Shown here piece by piece: positions 24,323 through 31,363 of a DNA stretch of 32,000 bases. Every line of letters starts with the position of its first letter. Position 1 is the first letter of the stretch. The DNA is taken from assembly GCA_001790095.1 (NCBI GenBank), contig MGBH01000001.1:1050001-1082000 (forward strand). The letters run 5' to 3'. This stretch comes from Candidatus Saccharimonadota bacterium (GTDB lineage Bacteria; Patescibacteriota; Microgenomatia; UBA1406; GWC2-37-13). Made by a program: the position numbers and the translations under genes. The notes below the pieces were generated by a model, which saw nothing but the letters and a program-made list of their open reading frames with translations, was not told the DNA's origin and searched no databases.

Positions 24323-25141
24323 TTATTTCTTTATTGAACCAATTGGGCCTTTGTATTTTTTAAGCCACTCTATAAAATCAACAAGAACATTGACCATATA
24401 GTCATGATATTCTTTTCCCTTTTCAGGCGACGCTTGTGAAGAGTTGGAAAAGGAACCGTCCGGTGCAAAGGCCTTTTGTTCATAGCTGTTCCACGGTATA
24501 TCAATTACCTCTTTTGATTTACCCAACAGATCGTACTGGGAATATTGAGAAAAGATCTTTTCATAGTCGATTCCCTTATTGGTCAATTTTTCTTTTTTAA
24601 TAAGGTGGGGATATTTATACCAAACATGTGACACCTCAAGCTCCCCTACATGATGCTCTACATTGACTTTTATCTTGGAGGCGACGCCTTTTGCTATCTT
24701 CATGGGGTCTGCAACAGCGAAAAATACTCCCGGCAATCTATATTCATGCAGATTCTTTACTGCAGATAAAATTGCAGGCAAATTAGCACTTTTATGGCCA
24801 TTTATGATAAGTATCTTTTTTACCCCGTTTCGTGCAAGGCTTTCGCTCATGTCTTCAATCACTGACACCAACGTTGAAGTCTTCAAAGATATAGTTCCGG
24901 CAAATCCCAGATGGTGACTTGAGTCGCCATACCATAATGGTGGAGCGACAAGTACCCCTGTTTTTTTAGCTACGTCTTCAGCTAGTGCAATTGCGGCATA
25001 ACTATCTAGCCCCAACGGTCCTGCCAACCCATGTTCTTCTGTGCTGCCAACAGGGATGATGACAATAGACTCCTTCTTTAAATACGTTTCTACATCTTTC
25101 CAGGATAACTCTTGTAACCAATACGATGATAATTTTTTCAT
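24323..25141 (-). CDS. Creatininase family amidohydrolase
   Basis: VIIPVGSTEEHG.., PLWYG.S.HH, ILIINGHKSN-type motifs. Confidence 0.8.
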   Translation of the reverse strand: MKKLSSYWLQELSWKDVETYLKKESIVIIPVGSTEEHGLAGPLGLDSYAAIALAEDVAKKTGVLVAPPLWYGDSSHHLGFAGTISLKTSTLVSVIEDMSESLARNGVKKILIINGHKSANLPAILSAVKNLHEYRLPGVFFAVADPMKIAKGVASKIKVNVEHHVGELEVSHVWYKYPHLIKKEKLTNKGIDYEKIFSQYSQYDLLGKSKEVIDIPWNSYEQKAFAPDGSFSNSSQASPEKGKEYHDYMVNVLVDFIEWLKKYKGPIGSIKK

Positions 25142-25156
25142 AGAAAATAATAATTA

Positions 25157-25942
25157 TTAATGAGCGCTTTGAAACCAAGGCGCATGTGCGTGCATGTACA
25201 TAATTGGCATGGTTTGTTTGGGAAGGAGCCATCCTCCGAGGTCTGGGCTTGTGTTGGCAAACAATATGGCATTTGGAAAGCTTGCGGAAAGCGGTTCTTT
25301 TTCTTGCATGCGCATAATAAAATACCAATAAGCTGCTTGTTCCGGACTTGCTCCGTTTCGGTGATGTTTTCCTGCTGACTCAACAAGTTGACTGTGTTGA
25401 CGGCTGTATCTTGGATCGTTCCACGCCTCATACATTTCTGAATACTCATCTATTTGTTCGTGTGTATCGGGCCTTTGAAGACTCCACTCTGTATATAGAT
25501 CGCTCAACATAAGTGTTGCAATCCCGCGCTGACTTGCCCTATATCCAATCTCTTGCAGGTAGTTATCTGCCTGGGTATACCCGTTAAAATCAGCATGAGT
25601 ATCTGCCAAAAGCAGGGTCGTTTCGATACCAGGACTATAAATGTTTCTTGTTGTGTCGTCTAATGCCTGAAGTTGGTCCAAAAAAACATCATCATATAAG
25701 TCAGGAACAGTTTTTCCTCCTGCTCCCCAAAAACCAACAAGTGGAATTCCTATACTGTTCTGTACTGCACTGGCAATCCTTTTCTCAGCCACAGAACCAA
25801 CATTGTGCCACGATTTGATAATCGTCTTTGGTGGCCATTCTCGGCCCTGCACTAAAGTGCCATCAATATTTATCCGTCGCCACAGATCAAACAAGGCTAT
25901 TCCTTTAACGCGTGATTCTTTCGAGACTACTTTTTCTGCCAT
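25157..25942 (-). CDS. Uncharacterised 261-aa protein (first gene after the attenuators)
   Basis: Start taken at the ATG 8 nt after GGAGG, not the upstream GTG at 25951. No family recognised. It is visibly more G+C-rich than its neighbours. Confidence 0.6.
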   Translation of the reverse strand: MAEKVVSKESRVKGIALFDLWRRINIDGTLVQGREWPPKTIIKSWHNVGSVAEKRIASAVQNSIGIPLVGFWGAGGKTVPDLYDDVFLDQLQALDDTTRNIYSPGIETTLLLADTHADFNGYTQADNYLQEIGYRASQRGIATLMLSDLYTEWSLQRPDTHEQIDEYSEMYEAWNDPRYSRQHSQLVESAGKHHRNGASPEQAAYWYFIMRMQEKEPLSASFPNAILFANTSPDLGGWLLPKQTMPIMYMHAHAPWFQSAH

Positions 25943-25961
25943 TTTTTTCACCTCCTTTCAT

Positions 25962-25993
25962 AAATAAAAGCAAAACCCCGCTCATGGGCGGGG
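25962..25993 (-). terminator. Intrinsic terminator of attenuator unit 2
   Basis: Minus strand reads CCCCGC-CCATGA-GCGGGG followed by TTTTGCTTTTATTT. It lies about 10 nt before the SD of CDS 25942. Confidence 0.75.
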
Positions 25994-26019
25994 TTTTAAT
26001 TGTTTAATACACAAATTAA

Positions 26020-26076
26020 CTACCGCCCATAAAAACGGGTGGTAGTACAGCATATATTAAGTATTATTTTTTTCAT
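26020..26076 (-). CDS. Leader mini-ORF 2 (MKKIILNICCTTTRFYGR)
   Basis: 18 codons with the block TGC TGT ACT ACC ACC. The Thr codons form segment 1 of the attenuator and the TAG stop lies in segment 2. No SD. Confidence 0.55.
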   Translation of the reverse strand: MKKIILNICCTTTRFYGR

Positions 26077-26091
26077 ATGTATGGGGTTCAC

Positions 26092-26116
26092 AAAAAAACC
26101 CTCCTGTTAGGAGGGG
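26092..26116 (-). terminator. Intrinsic terminator of attenuator unit 1
   Basis: Minus strand reads CCCTCCT-AAC-AGGAGGG followed by TTTTTTT. Confidence 0.8.
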
Positions 26117-26142
26117 TTTTAAAGTACAAGATTATACCCCTC

Positions 26143-26193
26143 CTAAAGAAAGGTGGTACAAGTGCAACTTAAAACGGCCATTTGCTTATTCAT
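26143..26193 (-). CDS. Leader mini-ORF 1 (MNKQMAVLSCTCTTFL)
   Basis: 16 codons with the block TGC ACT TGT ACC ACC. The TAG stop overlaps segment 2. The ATG is 8 nt after the TATACT -10 (leaderless-type). Confidence 0.55.
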   Translation of the reverse strand: MNKQMAVLSCTCTTFL

Positions 26194-26201
26194 GTAAATT
26201 A

Positions 26202-26229
26202 AGTATATAACAAATATCCTTTATATCAA
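26202..26229 (-). promoter_or_regulatory. Promoter-like TTGATA-16-TATACT driving the attenuator leader
   Basis: Minus strand reads ATTGATATAAAGGATATTTGTTATATACTTAATTTACATG. Confidence 0.5.
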
Positions 26230-26306
26230 TACGATTTATATACAAAAGATTTCAGCTTTTTTTCAGAAAGCACTGATAAAAAAAGAAACAGTTCTTTTTT
26301 TGTCCT

Positions 26307-27353
26307 ATGAACAAACGTTTAAGTCTAATCTCTATTATTGTTTTAGGAATAAGTATAGGTTTTATTATTTTTGTTTGGTTTAGATTCAAGGCTTTAGCCC
26401 CAAAGAAACAGGTAGAAGAAGGAGGCGGTTTGATAAAAGAACTTCACCCTCTTTCTATAGAGTATATGCGAAGTCAAGAATATCCCGGGAGCGATGTTGT
26501 GATTGAACAAACACTTCCGCAAGGGTCAAATTATGATAGATATATCACTTCATATAAATCAGACGGATTAAAAATTTTTGCGCTTTTGACCGTTCCACAA
26601 GGCGCAAAACCAAAGACCGGCTGGCCGGTTATTATCTTCAATCATGGCTATATTGCACCGGAGCAATATAGGACAACCGAGAAATATCTAGCATATATAG
26701 ACGCTTTTTCAAGAAATGGATACATTGTGTTCAAATCAGATTACCGTGGTCATGGTAGCTCTGAAGGAAAACCGGAGGGTGCATATTATTCCCCTGCCTA
26801 TACTATCGATATACTTAACGCTGTCTCTTCGATAAAAAAATATAAGGATGCCGATAAAAAACGTATCGGTATGTGGGGACATTCGATGGGGGGAATGATA
26901 ACGCTTCGTGCAATGGTGATAGCACAAGATATAAAAGCAGGTGATATTTGGGCAGGAGTTGTCGCGTCATATGAAGATCTGGCAAATAACTGGCATCACC
27001 CAGATCTCAACCCTCGGCCGTTTATACCATCCCAAAGAGAACAGGCAGCAAGGCGGCCAGGCAGACAATCATTTATTGACAAATATGGAAGCTTTGATAC
27101 AAATCCCACCTTTTGGATATCGGTCTCGCCTATATCTTTTGTCAAAGACATATCAGGCCCAATACAGCTTCAACATGGGACAGGAGACACAGAAGTTCCA
27201 CTTTTATTTAGTCAGAAGCTAGATGATGCCCTAAAGGGCGTTGACAAATCTGTTAAGCTTCATGCTTATGAAGGAGACGATCATAATCTTTCAAATAATC
27301 TAAATCTGGCGCTTCAACGATCAATTGAATTTTTTGATAAACATTTAAAGTAA
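26307..27353 (+). CDS. Alpha/beta hydrolase (S9 prolyl-oligopeptidase / dienelactone-hydrolase-like) with signal anchor
   Basis: Nucleophile elbow GHSMGG, C-terminal GTGD..VP and DDH, and an N-terminal TM helix. Confidence 0.75.
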   Translation: MNKRLSLISIIVLGISIGFIIFVWFRFKALAPKKQVEEGGGLIKELHPLSIEYMRSQEYPGSDVVIEQTLPQGSNYDRYITSYKSDGLKIFALLTVPQGAKPKTGWPVIIFNHGYIAPEQYRTTEKYLAYIDAFSRNGYIVFKSDYRGHGSSEGKPEGAYYSPAYTIDILNAVSSIKKYKDADKKRIGMWGHSMGGMITLRAMVIAQDIKAGDIWAGVVASYEDLANNWHHPDLNPRPFIPSQREQAARRPGRQSFIDKYGSFDTNPTFWISVSPISFVKDISGPIQLQHGTGDTEVPLLFSQKLDDALKGVDKSVKLHAYEGDDHNLSNNLNLALQRSIEFFDKHLK

Positions 27354-27356
27354 ATA

Positions 27357-27365
27357 TGATATCAT
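27357..27365 (+). promoter_or_regulatory. Extended -10 (TGATATCAT), 6 nt before ATG 27372
   Basis: Same geometry as the other leaderless-type starts. Confidence 0.45.
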
Positions 27366-27371
27366 TTTTTC

Positions 27372-27785
27372 ATGATCTCTCAAACACAAAAGGATGAACT
27401 TATCAAGGAAGCAAAAAAAGCTCTCTCAAATCCATATCCTAAAGACACAAAAACAGTCTATTCATGTGCGGTGCTTACAGATAAGGGAAATATCTACTCA
27501 TCGGCTCAGTATTTTTCAGACACTTATTCTCTTACTCTCCACGCAGAGCAAGCAGCTCTTGCTCATGCCGCATCCCACGGAGAGGGGAACATCATCGCAA
27601 TTGCAGCGACAAGCAACGAAGAAGGAAGAGGGGGAATATTTTGCAATCCGTGTCATATGTGCAAACAACTGCTCTATGAAAGCAGTCGTAGGTCAAAATT
27701 GCCGCTTTTGATTATACTTGTCAACGGATTTAATGAGACAAAAGAAGTAGAGCTGAACGATATAATTTCTTATCCTTGGCCATGA
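27372..27785 (+). CDS. cdd: Cytidine/deoxycytidylate deaminase family protein
   Basis: 137 aa with HAEQAAL and CNPCHMCKQL, the zinc-binding H(C)AE .. PCxxC signature. Confidence 0.75.
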   Translation: MISQTQKDELIKEAKKALSNPYPKDTKTVYSCAVLTDKGNIYSSAQYFSDTYSLTLHAEQAALAHAASHGEGNIIAIAATSNEEGRGGIFCNPCHMCKQLLYESSRRSKLPLLIILVNGFNETKEVELNDIISYPWP

Positions 27786-28636
27786 ACATCACCATACTTG
27801 GGCATGTGTGCATCGATCGTAATATCTCCGAGAATTCATCTTACACAGCGCCGGGAAGTCCCGCGATGTTTATGAATAAAATATTTAAACAGTTGCCAGA
27901 TGTAGAGGCGACTATCGTTGCATCCCATGGTACAGATTTTTTGGAACATAAAGGAAACGCTAAGCTATATCCGTATACTCCTCAAGGAAACAAAACACTT
28001 ATCTACGAAAATAAAACCCAGGGGGGAATGAGAAGTCAAAAAGCATTTAATCGAGAATTCGCAATACCTGTTGTCATAGATACAGGACTAGAAGAGATAC
28101 TTTCATCTTCCAATATTGTGTTTGTGGCGCCTATATTGCCTAATCTGTCTGGACCATATCTACGCAAATCTCTGTCTTTGACGGCCCCAAGTACATTAAA
28201 AGTACTTTTGCCTCAAGGGTATTATCGAAACTTTGACGCGGAAAACAACGTCTCAGCAAGGGAGTTTATGGAATCGGATGAGGTATTGTCACTTATAGAT
28301 ATCGTGATTGTCTCTGAACAGGATCATCCCAATATGCAAGACCTTGCCAGAAAATGGGCTCAAAGACACAAGATAATAGTACTTGTTACTTTGGGAGAAA
28401 AAGGTGCGGTTGCTATCAAAGAAAATGAGGAAATTCAGTTACCGACCAGTTCTGTCCCTGAGCATAAAATCATAGACTCAGTCGGTTCAGGAGATATTTT
28501 TAGCGCAGGATTTGCATATCGATACAAGGTGACACATGATATAAAAGAAGCCGGAAGATTTGCCAATGAACTGGCAAAACAATGTCTGTTTTACACACCG
28601 CATGAAATCAAGATCGATTACCGTGCTTTGCTCTGA
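27782..28636 (+). CDS. PfkB family carbohydrate/nucleoside kinase
   Basis: Start taken at the ATG that overlaps the cdd stop (ATGA). C-terminal DSVGSGDIFSAGF is the PfkB signature 2. Confidence 0.75.
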   Translation: MNITILGHVCIDRNISENSSYTAPGSPAMFMNKIFKQLPDVEATIVASHGTDFLEHKGNAKLYPYTPQGNKTLIYENKTQGGMRSQKAFNREFAIPVVIDTGLEEILSSSNIVFVAPILPNLSGPYLRKSLSLTAPSTLKVLLPQGYYRNFDAENNVSAREFMESDEVLSLIDIVIVSEQDHPNMQDLARKWAQRHKIIVLVTLGEKGAVAIKENEEIQLPTSSVPEHKIIDSVGSGDIFSAGFAYRYKVTHDIKEAGRFANELAKQCLFYTPHEIKIDYRALL

Positions 28637-29021
28637 ATTTTTCAAGCTTCATCATGACGATCCCCTGAACTACATCCAATACAGCCGCAAGAAGCACTAT
28701 TACCCACCAGGCCCTGACACCAAGACCAAACTGGGTTGGAAATCGGGATATAATCCATATTCCAACTCCGTTTAGTAGTAAATAATAGATCATCCATTGC
28801 TGAGTAGTAAAGACCTTACCCTTATTTTTCTCATACACCCTGACAAAGGGTATTGCAAACGTGTTTAAAAGGGCAAGTACTCCTGTGCTATGGGCAATCG
28901 CCCACAGTTTGGGGATATGTGAAGTACCCAGCACCACATAGTAGGGAAAAAGAAGATTTGATAAAAAAAAGATGAAGCTGTTTACCGCAAAAAGTACAAA
29001 GTAGGATACAACTAAGATCAT
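28608..29021 (-). CDS. Four-TM membrane protein, function unknown
   Basis: 137-aa ORF. Its 3' end overlaps the convergent PfkB gene by 29 nt. Confidence 0.5.
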   Translation of the reverse strand: MILVVSYFVLFAVNSFIFFLSNLLFPYYVVLGTSHIPKLWAIAHSTGVLALLNTFAIPFVRVYEKNKGKVFTTQQWMIYYLLLNGVGIWIISRFPTQFGLGVRAWWVIVLLAAVLDVVQGIVMMKLEKFRAKHGNRS

Positions 29022-29068
29022 AGGTTGATAATAATGTATAACTACAATTTAGTGTAACAAAAAATAGT

Positions 29069-30325
29069 TTATATTATCGCCAACTTTTTTCCTGACTTAG
29101 TTATAACTTTGACAAAATATTCGATATCTTTTACCTCATGGCTTGCACTTATTTGAACTCTTATCTCATCTTTTCCTTGAGGAACAACAGGATAATTGAT
29201 ATTGGTTACAAGAATCCCTTCTTTAAAGAGGTCTTCCGTTAGAGCCTTTGTTTTTTTCGTGTCACCAATCCATACTGGTTGGATTGGGTGTATAGAGTCT
29301 GCTGCAAACTGAAACCCTGCCTTTTTCATCAATTGTTTAAACAGCTTAATATTGTCTTTTGATTTACGCAGCAGCTTTTTACCTTTTGATGATTTGACCA
29401 AATTAACAGCACTCAAAGCAGCTCCAGCCACACCTGGAGAGATCGAGTTTGAATAGATATAACTTGCTGCAGACTCCCGAAGATAATCGATGACGATTTT
29501 GTCCGCTACCACATATCCGCCATCTGCACCAAATCCTTTTCCCATAGTACCGACAAGTATGTCTGCTTTTGCACGAGTAACCTCTTCTACACCCTGACCG
29601 TTTGCGCCAAGAGATGCAACTCCATGACTATCATCAACGACAAGATGGACGCCTTCTTCATACTTGCTTTCGTGAGTTTCGATAATCTTTCTTATTTTAT
29701 CCAGATTAACATACTCACCAAGCATGCTGAAAATCCCATCTGTTACGATAAGAACCCGTTTATATCTTGCTGTATTACTCACAATAATTTCTTTAAGGTT
29801 TGCATAATCAAGGTGCTTATAGATAAGTCTTTGTTCTTTGGGAAGGTTGGCTATTCGGATTCCGTCAATGATGCTTCTATGATTAAGGCTGTCTGAAACG
29901 ACTAACGTATCACCTGAGACAAGAGAATCCTTGCTTTGTCCCTTGATCATGCAAAAAAGAACAGCCAGATTAGCGGCAAAAGCTGAGGAAAAAATCATTG
30001 CATCTTCCCGTTTGTGAAATGTGGCCAAAGCTTTTTCAAGATCCTTGTACACTTTAAAAGTACCTGATATAAATCTAACAGCTCCTGGTCCAGTACCAAA
30101 TGTTTGAGAAGCGTTTTCCTCCCCTTTTCTTAAGGCACTCTCAAACCTCAGTCCGAGGTAATCGTTTGAGTTAAAGATAAGGTATCTCTTTTTTTTTATG
30201 ATCGCGCGCGGGGATGGATCATCTGTAAAACCTTCTATGATTTTTTCACCCCTTTTTGCCGTATGGGAATGGTCAATTCGTTCAATTTCTTTTTGTAAAA
30301 CCGAATGAAATAAATTTCTTTTCAT
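29069..30325 (-). CDS. kbl: 2-amino-3-ketobutyrate CoA ligase (glycine C-acetyltransferase), PLP-dependent
   Basis: 418 aa of the alpha-oxoamine synthase family with DDSHG and the PLP-Lys motif GTMGKGFG. It is adjacent to an SDR-type threonine dehydrogenase. Confidence 0.75.
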   Translation of the reverse strand: MKRNLFHSVLQKEIERIDHSHTAKRGEKIIEGFTDDPSPRAIIKKKRYLIFNSNDYLGLRFESALRKGEENASQTFGTGPGAVRFISGTFKVYKDLEKALATFHKREDAMIFSSAFAANLAVLFCMIKGQSKDSLVSGDTLVVSDSLNHRSIIDGIRIANLPKEQRLIYKHLDYANLKEIIVSNTARYKRVLIVTDGIFSMLGEYVNLDKIRKIIETHESKYEEGVHLVVDDSHGVASLGANGQGVEEVTRAKADILVGTMGKGFGADGGYVVADKIVIDYLRESAASYIYSNSISPGVAGAALSAVNLVKSSKGKKLLRKSKDNIKLFKQLMKKAGFQFAADSIHPIQPVWIGDTKKTKALTEDLFKEGILVTNINYPVVPQGKDEIRVQISASHEVKDIEYFVKVITKSGKKLAII

Positions 30326-30344
30326 AGGAAAAAATTATTTATAA

Positions 30345-31292
30345 CTATTTTGATTGTTCCAACTTTTTCTTTAACCCCTCATACATAACTTTTGTCATTT
30401 TTGATAAATTATATTTTGGTTTCCAGCCCCAGTCTTTTCTGGCTTCTCTGTCATCGATTGATCTGGGCCAACTATCGGCGATGCGCTGGCGATGATCCGG
30501 TTTGTAGTCATGGGTAAATCCAGGTACAAACTTAATGATTTCCTTTACCAATTCCTCAGGCGTGAAGCTGACGGCGGCGAAATTATAGCTTGTTCTAATG
30601 GTGATTTTTTTTGATGGCGCATTCATAAGGTTAATAGTGCCTTCTATCGCATCATCGATATACATCATGGGAAGGCGGGCATCTTTCTTTAAAAAAATAC
30701 TGTAGTTTTTATTCCGTATAGCTCCATAAAAAATATGAACAGAATATTCTGTAGTGCCATCGCCAGGAGGAGCATTATACCCGATAAGGCCAGGATATCG
30801 CAGACTTCTCACATCAAGCCCGTGTTTTAAAAAGTAATACTGACAAAGAAGCTCTCCAGCCACCTTATTGACTCCATACATGGTGGTTGGTTCTAAAATT
30901 GTGTGTTGAGGAGTATGGTCTTTAGGTGTTGATGGTCCAAATGCGGCAATTGAACTTGGCCAAAAGATTTTAATCTTATGCATTACTCCCAGATCAAGAA
31001 TGTTTTTTAAGCCGCCTAAGTTTACTTCCCATGCGAGGGATGGATTTTTCTCGCTTGAAACAGACAGAAGACCTGCCAGATGATAGATCTCAGTTACATG
31101 GTGCTTCTTTATTATTTTTGATAAAACATTTTTGTCCCTCACGTCACCATGTTCTACAATCTCTCCATAGTTTATTCCGGATGTCTTATGATTAAGAGCA
31201 ACGATTGCTTTTGATGAATACTTTTTTTGAAGAGCTTTTCTTAAATCTGTTCCAACCAAGCCAAAGGCACCTGTGATGAGGATTTTTTTCAT
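30345..31292 (-). CDS. tdh: NAD-dependent epimerase/dehydratase-fold L-threonine 3-dehydrogenase
   Basis: 315 aa with ILITGAFGLVG (GxxGxxG) and YGVNK (YxxxK). The TDH assignment rests on the pairing with kbl. Confidence 0.65.
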   Translation of the reverse strand: MKKILITGAFGLVGTDLRKALQKKYSSKAIVALNHKTSGINYGEIVEHGDVRDKNVLSKIIKKHHVTEIYHLAGLLSVSSEKNPSLAWEVNLGGLKNILDLGVMHKIKIFWPSSIAAFGPSTPKDHTPQHTILEPTTMYGVNKVAGELLCQYYFLKHGLDVRSLRYPGLIGYNAPPGDGTTEYSVHIFYGAIRNKNYSIFLKKDARLPMMYIDDAIEGTINLMNAPSKKITIRTSYNFAAVSFTPEELVKEIIKFVPGFTHDYKPDHRQRIADSWPRSIDDREARKDWGWKPKYNLSKMTKVMYEGLKKKLEQSK

Positions 31293-31363
31293 ATTTATTT
31301 TAATAAATATTAATAGGGCGGTTTTTCATTGTAGCACAAAAATAGTATCGTATAATGGATTAT

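Noticed and set aside
25002-25449. Overlapping alternative-frame ORFs (25002..25328, 25138..25449, 25160..25378)
   Set aside because: They lie inside the longer 25157..25942 and 24323..25141 genes. They are explained by the locally higher G+C content (fewer stop codons), and none has a start-site signal.
26020-26193. Mini-ORFs as RiPP precursor peptides for the creatininase-family enzyme
   Set aside because: This is kept only as an alternative. The peptides are 16-18 aa with no recognisable leader. No radical-SAM, YcaO or lanthipeptide enzyme is nearby. The codon block coincides exactly with attenuator segment 1, and the stop codon with segment 2.
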